In this document: positions 1-7,231 of the stretch, piece by piece
Numbering within the stretch: position 1 is the first letter of the stretch
Layout: each line of letters starts with the position of its first letter
IMG/VR virus record: IMGVR_UViG_3300034069_000811
Location: 1 to 44,926 of that record
Length of the DNA stretch: 44,926 nucleotides
Origin: a virus
Strand: one strand, 5' to 3'
Program-made: the position numbers and the translations under genes
The notes under the pieces: generated by a model
Database searches by the model: none
Seen by the model: only the letters and a program-made list of their open reading frames with translations
Told to the model about the DNA's origin: nothing

Positions 1-141
1 CGCTCGCATTCGCAATTCCTATTCTGCTCAGCTTGCAAGCCTGCAGCAGCGCGCCGATCGCAAGCCCGCCAGTCCAAGTGGAGTGCCCCAAGCCGCCCCC
101 GCTTGCCAAGGTGCCACTGGGGCCGAGCTTTCAAGACAGGA
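1..141. repeat. Terminal direct repeat, copy 1 of 2 (identical to 44786..44926); circular-contig overlap
   Basis: First and last 141 nt of the window are identical base for base (read directly). Plus-strand ORFs continue seamlessly across the junction. Confidence 0.95.
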
Positions 142-185
142 TGCAGGATTTCTTGTCGGCGAAGCTGCCCGTGCCGACGAACTGA
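1..185 (+). CDS. Rz1: o-spanin (Rz1-like lipoprotein), 3' portion of the ORF starting at 44779
   Basis: Continuation of the frame from ATG 44779. It reads ...SFQDRMQDFLSAKLPVPTN with TGA at 183-185. It is nested in the +1 frame of the Rz-like ORF. Confidence 0.7.
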   Translation, partial: LAFAIPILLSLQACSSAPIASPPVQVECPKPPPLAKVPLGPSFQDRMQDFLSAKLPVPTN

Positions 186-232
186 GGGCGGGGCTGGGTG
201 CTTGCTATTCGGCTTATGACGCGGTACGCTAA
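2..232 (+). CDS. Rz: i-spanin (Rz-like), 3' portion of the ORF starting at 44547
   Basis: Continuation of the frame from 44547. It reads ...ELRAGLGACYSAYDAVR with TAA at 230-232. Confidence 0.7.
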   Translation, partial: ARIRNSYSAQLASLQQRADRKPASPSGVPQAAPACQGATGAELSRQDAGFLVGEAARADELRAGLGACYSAYDAVR

Positions 233-729
233 GTATTTTCGATGATCGGGATTTCGCAGTTCTCAAGCGCCCAGTTGATCCAGAATTCGAGCCACAGTAG
301 GCGCGCCAGTGTATGGTCTTTGCCGTTATCGGTGCCGTCGTCCTCCCAAAAGCCAGGAGGCCTGCCGCCATTGGTTTGCTCACGGCGGATTCGGGCAGCG
401 CGCACATAGTCGAGGTCAGCGGGCAACAGCGGGGCAGCGCCAGGGTGCCCGGCAATCAGAGGCGATTCACGGTGGAACTCCTCGGAACATAGGCAGTTGC
501 GTCGTTCTTCTCGACTCCATCCTTGCCCGTAGAACAGTTCATAAATGCCAGCGTCCTTGCAGAAATCCGACCACGCCGAGTACGATGGGCTGCGGCTGTT
601 GCTTGTGCCGACAAATGGGTCATGCGCGGGCGCGTCCGGGCGATCCGCCCGCTCTGCGGCGATCCTGATGTGCTCATCGCCCTTGTAATAGTTCAGCTGA
701 GCATTGCCGATAGTAAATGTGTAGCCCAT
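229..729 (-). CDS. Hypothetical protein (166 aa), cargo gene of 85-bp promoter cassette copy A
   Basis: ORF from the track. The ATG is preceded by GGAGAACGAAG inside the repeated cassette. No family recognised. Confidence 0.75.
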   Translation of the reverse strand: MGYTFTIGNAQLNYYKGDEHIRIAAERADRPDAPAHDPFVGTSNSRSPSYSAWSDFCKDAGIYELFYGQGWSREERRNCLCSEEFHRESPLIAGHPGAAPLLPADLDYVRAARIRREQTNGGRPPGFWEDDGTDNGKDHTLARLLWLEFWINWALENCEIPIIENT

Positions 730-811
730 CTTCGTTCTCCAGTTCTCGCCGCGCCCAGTGCGCCGCCCATGTAAGAACTATAGCACAACCAAAAGATTGT
801 GCAAGTAGTTT
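727..811 (-). promoter_or_regulatory. 85-bp promoter/5'UTR/SD/ATG cassette, copy A (84/85 identical to 4071..4155)
   Basis: On the minus strand it reads TTGCAC-N16-TATAGT. A GCACAA-N8-TTGTGC palindrome (783-802) lies across the -35/spacer. A roughly 40-nt leader follows, ending in GGAGAACGAAGATG. Confidence 0.7.
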
Positions 812-2190
812 TATCGATAGCCGCGAACCTTCATAGCTTCCAGCAAAATATCCTGAGTCTCGCGCTTCGTCTCGACCCGCTTGAGCACCAGCTCGTCCAC
901 TGTCCCGGCTGCAATGATGTTGTGGATGAACATCGGCCTGTCGTGGCCGGCCTGCATCTGGCGCGTCGGCCCAATGCGCTCGATGATCTGCAGCCGGTTT
1001 TCAAGGTTCCAATCATGGCCGAAGAACACTAGGATGTTGCCGCCGTCCTGCAGATTCAAGCCGTGGCCGGCGCTGGCCGGATGGGCGAACAGGACCGGGA
1101 TCTTGCCGGCGTTCCAGTCGCGGATGGTCTGCGGATCGCTGTCCAGCGCACGGCCCTTGGGGAAGGCCTTGCGCAGCCTTGCGAGATCGCTCTTGAAGTT
1201 GTAGGCTACCAGCACCGGCATGCCGGCCGCCTCTTCCACGACGTCGTCTAGGGCCTGCAGCTTGGCGTCGTGGACCTCGACCCACTCTGAGTTACTTTCC
1301 CCTACGTAACAGGCTCCGTTGCACAACTGCAAACATTTTACAGTGCGCGCCGCCGCGCCGAACGCCTCCACCTCGTGGCCGGACAGCTCCATGAACATGC
1401 GCTTTTCCATGTCCTCGTACTTGGCGCGCGCCGCGGCTGGCAGGTCCACATAGATGTTGTTGACGATCGGCTCGTGCAGGTTGAACCAGTCCTTGGCGTC
1501 GATGGTCAGGCATAGATCGCGCAGCGCTTTCTGGATCTCGGCCTGGGCGTGCGGCCGGGCCTCCACCGAGAAGCCGTCGTAGGACTGGGTGAACCAGCGC
1601 TGTTTGAAAGCGTCGAACGTGCGTCCCAGCCGCTCGCCCTTGTCCAGGAACCAGATCTGGCCCCACAGGTCCATGAGACCGTTGGGCGATGGCGTGCCGG
1701 TCAGTTCGATGAACCGCTCGCACTGGGTATGCGCGATCCGGGCCAGAGCCTTGGCGCGCTGGGTGCCTTGCCGCAGGCGAAAGCCCTTGAGCTTGGTGCT
1801 CTCGTCCACCACCACGGTGCGGAAGGGCCAGGGGCGTTTCTCGTACTGCTCGACGAGCCACGGCAGCTGCTCGAAGTTCGTGGTGTAGACGTGGGCATCC
1901 TGGCGCAACGCGGCCAACCGTTCGCGCTCCGACCCGATGATCGGCAGGACGTGCATGTGGTTGAGGTGCGACCACTTGCGGGCCTCGTCCGGCCAGGTGG
2001 AGCGCGCCACGCGCAGCGGGGCAATGACGAGCTGGGGGCGGCTGTCGAGGGCTTGCAGGGTGTCCAGGGCGGTGAGGGTAGACACCGATTTCCCGAGCCC
2101 CATGCCGGCCCACACCCCCGGGCGATCGGTGTCGAGTATATGATCGATGATGAGGCCCTGGTAGGCGCGCGGGGTGTAGGTTTGGCTCAA
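811..2190 (-). CDS. SNF2/DEAD-like helicase
   Basis: 459 aa. Motifs read in the translation: GMGLGKS (motif I), VVVDEST (motif II), LTGTPSPNG (motif III), and a C-terminal helicase region with AGHGLNLQ. Confidence 0.9.
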   Translation of the reverse strand: MSQTYTPRAYQGLIIDHILDTDRPGVWAGMGLGKSVSTLTALDTLQALDSRPQLVIAPLRVARSTWPDEARKWSHLNHMHVLPIIGSERERLAALRQDAHVYTTNFEQLPWLVEQYEKRPWPFRTVVVDESTKLKGFRLRQGTQRAKALARIAHTQCERFIELTGTPSPNGLMDLWGQIWFLDKGERLGRTFDAFKQRWFTQSYDGFSVEARPHAQAEIQKALRDLCLTIDAKDWFNLHEPIVNNIYVDLPAAARAKYEDMEKRMFMELSGHEVEAFGAAARTVKCLQLCNGACYVGESNSEWVEVHDAKLQALDDVVEEAAGMPVLVAYNFKSDLARLRKAFPKGRALDSDPQTIRDWNAGKIPVLFAHPASAGHGLNLQDGGNILVFFGHDWNLENRLQIIERIGPTRQMQAGHDRPMFIHNIIAAGTVDELVLKRVETKRETQDILLEAMKVRGYR

Positions 2191-2414
2191 GGCAGCACCT
2201 CGACCTCGTCGACGAAGAAGGCCTCATATTCCAGTGGCTTACTGCCCTTACCGCTATGCCCGTGACGAAGCGCAAGTTCCCTGGCGTTGACTTCGAGCTG
2301 CCATTTCTCACGGCGCAGGGCGGCCCAAGCGCCGGCTTTTGTGAGGTGCAAAGATACCAACCCCGCGGCGGACTCAAAGATGCAAGGGTTCCTGAAATAG
2401 CCAAAGAGGATCAT
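2187..2414 (-). CDS. Hypothetical protein (75 aa)
   Basis: ORF from the track. It has 4-nt start/stop overlaps with both neighbours, suggesting translational coupling. Confidence 0.6.
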   Translation of the reverse strand: MILFGYFRNPCIFESAAGLVSLHLTKAGAWAALRREKWQLEVNARELALRHGHSGKGSKPLEYEAFFVDEVEVLP

Positions 2415-2743
2415 ACCGCCACCTCCTCAACCTCATCGCCAAATGCAGCGCGCACCACGGCGCGGCAGATGGCTTGCAGAGGCGTGTCGCCTTCTGCAAC
2501 AATAGTAGCCCCGGTTTTATTTAACAGACAAGCTAACCAATCTGTGTACATTTTCTCGATATCGATTTCATACTTATCGATCAGCGGCCCGCCCTGCGCC
2601 CAGTCGGTGGAAGGGCTATATGCTTTCCAACCTCTGGCTTTATCGTTGAGGCACTCGACCACCGGGGGCGGGGTTACTCCTACCTCTTCGGCCCGACCCA
2701 CCCAGTAGTCGAGCAATGCGCCGGTCAATTCTGCAGTTTTCAT
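2411..2743 (-). CDS. DUF2591/NinX-like phage protein
   Basis: 110 aa. The N-terminus MKTAELTGALLDYWVGRAEEV resembles the NinX/DUF2591 family start (from memory). GAGGA SD upstream. Confidence 0.6.
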   Translation of the reverse strand: MKTAELTGALLDYWVGRAEEVGVTPPPVVECLNDKARGWKAYSPSTDWAQGGPLIDKYEIDIEKMYTDWLACLLNKTGATIVAEGDTPLQAICRAVVRAAFGDEVEEVAV

Positions 2744-2750
2744 GGTGTCC

Positions 2751-2858
2751 TCAGCGAACGTACATCAGGGTTTCAGGGGCGACGCCAACGAAGATGGTCA
2801 GCGCCAGCATAATGGCACACAGCAGGACGAGGCCTACGGCTTGGGCTAGGATTTTCAT
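2751..2858 (-). CDS. Small hydrophobic protein, 35 aa (MKILAQAVGLVLLCAIMLALTIFVGVAPETLMYVR), not in the ORF track
   Basis: Its ATG overlaps the upstream TGA as ATGA. It fills the gap between two genes, has GC-rich third positions and one predicted TM segment. Confidence 0.5.
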   Translation of the reverse strand: MKILAQAVGLVLLCAIMLALTIFVGVAPETLMYVR

Positions 2859-3151
2859 TTATCTTCTCCAAAATAAGTTTTTCTGAACGCCGACGCCCCG
2901 AACTTATAGTTGTCGCCGTGCCTCATTTGCTTTTCCCGATTGCGAAGCGCATCTGCCAGGTTGAGCATCGCGCGGAGCTGGTCGCGTTCTTCGGTGACTT
3001 CGGCCAGTTGGCGCTGGAGTTCGGCGATTCGACGGTCTTCAGGTGTCTGAAATTGCGGGGGTTGAAACAGGTCCTCATCGGCATCGCACAAGGCGCAACG
3101 ATCACTATAGGTTGGTTCGCCGCACTCACACGTTTTTAATCTTTTGGTCAT
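2855..3151 (-). CDS. Hypothetical protein with N-terminal Cys4 zinc-ribbon-like motif and a coiled-coil-like segment
   Basis: 98 aa with CECG...CALC, then a charged heptad-like region. 4-nt overlap with the upstream gene. Confidence 0.7.
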   Translation of the reverse strand: MTKRLKTCECGEPTYSDRCALCDADEDLFQPPQFQTPEDRRIAELQRQLAEVTEERDQLRAMLNLADALRNREKQMRHGDNYKFGASAFRKTYFGEDK

Positions 3152-3654
3152 TTCAAAATCTCCTCAATTCGTTCGTAGCTGTCCACCACCTCGACGCGCT
3201 GCCCCATCTTGCGCATGCGCTCATGCTCGCGCAGCTGGTGCGCCGACACCTTGACGCCGGGTGCTTTGAGCTCGACCCAGATAGAGCGCGGCGGTTTAGG
3301 TACCGTCGAGCTAAGACTGCCCGCGATAGATACAGTATTAAAAAGCAACCGCTCGGGCAGCATCACCAGGCGATCCGGCGCACCGGCGCGGCCGACCCAC
3401 TTCACCTTGCGCACCTCGCCGCCGAGTTCCTTGACGCGCTGCACCAGGCGGTGTTCGATCTGCGATTCGCGCTTCGGTCCCTTGTCCTTGGGCGGTGGTG
3501 TGACGCCGGGCGGGTAGTTGGCCCGGATGCGGTGCGAGTAGCCGCATTCCTTGCAGAAGGTAGTCAGCACCTTGCCGGCGCTGGATGCGTTGCGGCGGAT
3601 TGTGATCGCATGCCCTTCCGGGCAGCGCGTCTTGTCTTCGTAGCGTTTCAGCAT
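3148..3654 (-). CDS. VRR-NUC domain nuclease with N-terminal zinc ribbon
   Basis: 168 aa. Motifs: ESQIEHRLVQRVKELGG, GAPD, WVELK, SAHQLREHERMRKMG (VRR-NUC pattern). N-terminal CPEGH...CKECG. Confidence 0.85.
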   Translation of the reverse strand: MLKRYEDKTRCPEGHAITIRRNASSAGKVLTTFCKECGYSHRIRANYPPGVTPPPKDKGPKRESQIEHRLVQRVKELGGEVRKVKWVGRAGAPDRLVMLPERLLFNTVSIAGSLSSTVPKPPRSIWVELKAPGVKVSAHQLREHERMRKMGQRVEVVDSYERIEEILK

Positions 3655-3761
3655 TGCAGCTCCAGATAGGTCAGGAAGATGATCAGGCCCGCGCCGACGA
3701 GGGCGAGGAAGTTCAGTGCGAAAACCAGTTTGCGTTCGACGGGGCAGTATTCGTATTGCAT
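3648..3761 (-). CDS. Small hydrophobic protein, 37 aa (MQYEYCPVERKLVFALNFLALVGAGLIIFLTYLELQC), not in the ORF track
   Basis: The ORF ends 7 nt inside the VRR-NUC start. GC-rich third positions and one TM segment. The SD is weak. Confidence 0.4.
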   Translation of the reverse strand: MQYEYCPVERKLVFALNFLALVGAGLIIFLTYLELQC

Positions 3762-3812
3762 TTTGTTCTGTGGGAGTGGTTGGCGCCCACCGTAGCGGGC
3801 GCGGGGTTGGTG

Positions 3813-4073
3813 TTAGGCGATGCGCAGCGTGGACAGGCGAGGCGAAAACGTCGATCCGTCTGGCTTATTGCGAACGCAACGTATGCGGTGCACCGAGGGG
3901 CGCGCTCCATCGAAGGTCGACCAGTCGCTATTGGACGCCATCAGGTGGACAGGCTGCGTGAGGCCCAACACCGTCACCGAAATGAGATCACCATTGTTCT
4001 TCATGTGGTTGAAGACCTTGCCGACCATGCGGTCGATGCTGCGGTATGCCTTGCGACGTTGTTGCGCGTTCAT
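3813..4073 (-). CDS. Hypothetical protein (86 aa), cargo gene of 85-bp promoter cassette copy B
   Basis: ORF from the track. Its ATG and SD lie inside the repeated cassette. No family recognised. Confidence 0.7.
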   Translation of the reverse strand: MNAQQRRKAYRSIDRMVGKVFNHMKNNGDLISVTVLGLTQPVHLMASNSDWSTFDGARPSVHRIRCVRNKPDGSTFSPRLSTLRIA

Positions 4074-4155
4074 CTTCGTTCTCCAGTTCTCGCCGCGCCC
4101 AATGCGCCGCCCATGTAAGAACTATAGCACAACCAAAAGATTGTGCAAGTAGTTT
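4071..4155 (-). promoter_or_regulatory. 85-bp promoter/5'UTR/SD/ATG cassette, copy B (84/85 identical to 727..811)
   Basis: Plus-strand coordinates: -35 at 4143-4148, -10 at 4121-4126, palindrome GCACAA 4127-4132 / TTGTGC 4141-4146. The single mismatch is a4102 versus g758. Confidence 0.7.
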
Positions 4156-6294
4156 CTACTCCTTTTTATAGCGCAGCGATTCGAACCCGGCCGCAGCCAG
4201 CGGCATGTCGGGCGCCCAGGGTGGGTTCGCGGCCAGCAGGGCGGACAGCCGTTCCGCGTTATGCTCGTCGGTGTCCGGTGCTTCTGTTACTAATTCATCA
4301 TGGACATGGAGCACGATTTCATAGCCGGCGTCTTCCACCGGGCGCATCGCACCGCCAAGCACGTCACGGGCAATTGCTTGCACCACATTCTCCGCCAGCT
4401 TGCCGGAATATGTGCGCAAGCGTTCCCACTTGCGGGTGTACTGGTTGTTGCCCATGTACGTCACGGTGTCGTCTACGATCTCAGGCGACGGGTAGCAAAG
4501 CACGCGGCCGGAGGGCAAGCCGATCCGCAGCCACTTGCCATCTCGCCGGACTTTGAGAACGCGGCATTGGAATGTCTTTCCGGGTACGTCAATTGCTTGG
4601 CGCACAGTTGCTTCCAGGTCGTTCCAAAGCGCTACGGTAGCCGGATGCGCCTCGCGCCACGCGAGCTTGAACGACTCGCACACAAGCCAAGCCTGTTTGG
4701 TCAGGCCGGTAGCCCCGGCCGGATCTTTCTTTTTCTTGTCACGATGCCATTCGAACATGATGTTCGCCTGTGCCATGACATGCTGCGGGATTGAGCGAAA
4801 CGCCTGCTCGGCCAATACCTCCAGGTCAATGCCATAGGCCGCGGCAAAGGTTAGGAACGCGCCCACGCCGCCGGCGTAGCCCAGGGCCAGCTCCATCACC
4901 TTGCCGATCTGGCGCATCTGCTTGTCCACGTCCTCGGGTGCCACGCCGAACGCTTTTGCGTATGCCAGCTTGTACAGATCGTGGCCGGTGCCCGCGTCGT
5001 AGTCGGCGAATGCCTTGACCTTCCATTTCTCACCAGCCAGCCAGGCCAGCACGCGGCCTTCGATGTTAGACAGGTCGGCCACCACCAGCTTCTTGCCTGG
5101 TGGCGCGATGATACAGCCGCGGATGGCGCTCGAGGTCAGCTCCATGACATTGTCGAACAGCAGGCCGGCACAATCGGCTTTAAGCGCATCAATGCCGGCA
5201 TCGATCTCGTCCTGCTTCAGCGCGGGGCGCGGCAGGTTATCGGGCTGGAATAGGCGGCCCGCCCAGCGCCCGGTGCGGAAAGCCCCACAGTATTGTTTCG
5301 TACCGCGCAGCCGGCCGTCGCTGCTCACAGACTTGAGCAATGTGTTGTATTTGCTGGTGCTGGTGCTGGATGCCTGGAGCCGGATTCTAAGCAGTTCGCG
5401 CAGCCCTTCCGGTAAGTCGGGATCCTGCGCCCGGCGCTCGATAGTCGACTTCTGCAGGTCCGGCAGATCCACCCCGTATTCGGCCAGGACATGCTCGAGC
5501 ATCGCGTCACGCTTCGTCGAGGATTCCACTTCGCCATTCGTCAGGTCAACAGTCCGCCGTTTTAGCTCAATCTGTGCCGCCCCCACAGCGCGCACAGCTG
5601 CAGACGCTAGCTCGGTGTCCATGTACATGCCGCGGTCGTTGATACGCTGGTCCAGCTGCCACAGCGCCAGTTCCTGGGCGTTAGCCGGATAGTTCCACTT
5701 CGGCATGCGCTTATGGCACTCGCGCATCGCCATGATGTCCAGGCCCGCATAGATCAGGAAGCGTTTCCACTCGGCCGGGTGCGTCTCGCGCGTGGCGCGG
5801 CCGCGCTTGAGGTTCGCGCCTGGCGGCTTGCAAAATAGCTGGATCAGCTGCTTGCCGGCCTTGTCCTTGGCGGCGTCCTGCGGCACCTTCAGCACTTCGC
5901 ACAGAGCGCCGAGCGAGCCGGGCAGGCTGTGGGCCAGGGCCTGGACCATGGTGTCACGCACGCGGTGCAGCGGCAGGTCGAAGCCGGCGTGACGCTCGAC
6001 GGTGCGGTCGAAGTGGCTGTTGTGAATCCAGATTTCTTGCTGCTGGTCTTCAAGGGCGTCATCGATGTCGTCGGTCAGGCCGCAAGGGCTGCGTTCGATA
6101 TCGTCGCCGATCAGGGTCCAGTAGTGGCCGCCAGGTGTCAGGTCACGGATCTGCACAAGGCCGTCATCCAGCGCCAGCGCGCGGATCAGTATCTCGCAGC
6201 CCTCAGCGTACTTGTGCGTGCCGTTAGTGATCGGCTCGGGGCTATAGGTTTCGTCGTCGAGCCAGATCACTTCCGGCCCCGTTCTTCGTCGCAA
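4156..6294 (-). CDS. Family-A DNA polymerase with 3'-5' exonuclease-like N-terminus
   Basis: 712 aa. Motifs: WLDDETY and HNSHFDR (exonuclease-like), ADLSNIEGRVLAW, RQIGKVMELALGYAGG, LHVHDELV. An alternative GTG start at 6270 would overlap the upstream stop as GTGA. Confidence 0.93.
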   Translation of the reverse strand: MRRRTGPEVIWLDDETYSPEPITNGTHKYAEGCEILIRALALDDGLVQIRDLTPGGHYWTLIGDDIERSPCGLTDDIDDALEDQQQEIWIHNSHFDRTVERHAGFDLPLHRVRDTMVQALAHSLPGSLGALCEVLKVPQDAAKDKAGKQLIQLFCKPPGANLKRGRATRETHPAEWKRFLIYAGLDIMAMRECHKRMPKWNYPANAQELALWQLDQRINDRGMYMDTELASAAVRAVGAAQIELKRRTVDLTNGEVESSTKRDAMLEHVLAEYGVDLPDLQKSTIERRAQDPDLPEGLRELLRIRLQASSTSTSKYNTLLKSVSSDGRLRGTKQYCGAFRTGRWAGRLFQPDNLPRPALKQDEIDAGIDALKADCAGLLFDNVMELTSSAIRGCIIAPPGKKLVVADLSNIEGRVLAWLAGEKWKVKAFADYDAGTGHDLYKLAYAKAFGVAPEDVDKQMRQIGKVMELALGYAGGVGAFLTFAAAYGIDLEVLAEQAFRSIPQHVMAQANIMFEWHRDKKKKDPAGATGLTKQAWLVCESFKLAWREAHPATVALWNDLEATVRQAIDVPGKTFQCRVLKVRRDGKWLRIGLPSGRVLCYPSPEIVDDTVTYMGNNQYTRKWERLRTYSGKLAENVVQAIARDVLGGAMRPVEDAGYEIVLHVHDELVTEAPDTDEHNAERLSALLAANPPWAPDMPLAAAGFESLRYKKE

Positions 6295-6521
6295 ACCTCG
6301 GTCATAAACCGCAAGGCCATGGCCGCCACCTGCATCGCTTCTTTACGCATAGCCGGAAGATCACGCCGTTTTTGATTCGTCCAGACGTGTTCCTTCAACT
6401 CATCAACTTCTTCCAGCAGAACGGCAAAGCCTTCATGCGCGCTGTTGAATCCGGGCCAATTTGCACGCGCATTTTCAACTTCCGAAACAACTTCAGAGAC
6501 TGCTATTTTTAAATCGGTCAT
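6267..6521 (-). CDS. Small all-alpha protein, possibly MazG-like NTP pyrophosphohydrolase fold
   Basis: 84 aa. HEGFAVLLEEVDELKEHV resembles the metal-binding helix of MazG-type proteins. The assignment is tentative. Confidence 0.45.
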   Translation of the reverse strand: MTDLKIAVSEVVSEVENARANWPGFNSAHEGFAVLLEEVDELKEHVWTNQKRRDLPAMRKEAMQVAAMALRFMTEVCDEERGRK

Positions 6522-6829
6522 GGTCTGAACTCCTCTGGAATCTCGTCATGCGGCACGCCCATAGCGCGCGCCTGGTTGTAATAGCCGTGCGGATGCTGGT
6601 CGCACAGCGGATGGGTGGTGCGGTGGGGGAAGTGCCGGCCGAACGCCATGTCGGGCCCGGAGCAGTGGCACAGCCCCCGCTTGTTATACGCACGCTGCTC
6701 GATGCGCCATCCCTTAGACGAACCGCAAACGGGGCAGGGCGGCACGCGCTTATAGTCGTCAGGGTGGATGCTCGCCACGCGGCGGTGGCGGCACTGGCCG
6801 TTGCGGCAGCGTAGCGAGTAGGTGGTCAT
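6518..6829 (-). CDS. Cys/His-rich (zinc-binding-like) hypothetical protein
   Basis: 103 aa with CRNGQC, CPVC, CHC and many His residues. 4-nt overlaps with both neighbours. Confidence 0.7.
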   Translation of the reverse strand: MTTYSLRCRNGQCRHRRVASIHPDDYKRVPPCPVCGSSKGWRIEQRAYNKRGLCHCSGPDMAFGRHFPHRTTHPLCDQHPHGYYNQARAMGVPHDEIPEEFRP

Positions 6830-7089
6830 TTTTGGAGCAGAGCGAGTGCGGCTTTTTTCTTCGTCAGGTTCTGCATGGATTTATCGAGGCGCTGTTCGAA
6901 CACCGCCACTTGGCGATTCGCTTCCGCGATAGCAAGCTCTCGTGATGAGAACAGCTTACTGACATGGTATGTCGTATTAGAACCAGCGATCTTTAGCCAC
7001 TTACTGCCATAGAATGCAAAAGCAACAACCTCCACTTCTTTCACTTTCAACGACGATGTTAGGAGAAAGGCTTTATATGGAAATTTCAT
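6826..7089 (-). CDS. Hypothetical protein (87 aa), visibly lower GC than its surroundings
   Basis: ORF from the track. A strong AAAGGAG SD lies upstream. AT-richer codon usage suggests separate acquisition. Confidence 0.7.
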   Translation of the reverse strand: MKFPYKAFLLTSSLKVKEVEVVAFAFYGSKWLKIAGSNTTYHVSKLFSSRELAIAEANRQVAVFEQRLDKSMQNLTKKKAALALLQK

Positions 7090-7090
7090 T

Positions 7091-7231
7091 TCAAGCTCCT
7101 TTAGCAGGCGGGCTGTAGACGTTTGCCGACGGCACGAACGGCTTGGGGCACCGGTCGGTGGCCGGGGTGTAGCTGGCCGAGTTGCCGTATGGTTTCGGTA
7201 CCGGGGCGGGCTGCGGCTTATTGGTTTCCAT
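7091..7231 (-). CDS. Pro-rich small protein, 46 aa (METNKPQPAPVPKPYGNSASYTPATDRCPKPFVPSANVYSPPAKGA), not in the ORF track
   Basis: A GGGAGAG SD lies 6 nt upstream of the ATG. Third positions are GC-rich. It fills the 7090-7217 gap and overlaps the ParB-like 3' end by 14 nt. Confidence 0.5.
   Translation of the reverse strand: METNKPQPAPVPKPYGNSASYTPATDRCPKPFVPSANVYSPPAKGA

Noticed and set aside
4113-4122. An SD-sequestering hairpin (GUUCU pairing with AGAAC next to GGAG) in the cassette leader.
   Set aside because: The GTTCT segment overlaps the -10 hexamer and discriminator, so it would lie upstream of the predicted transcription start and not be part of the RNA.
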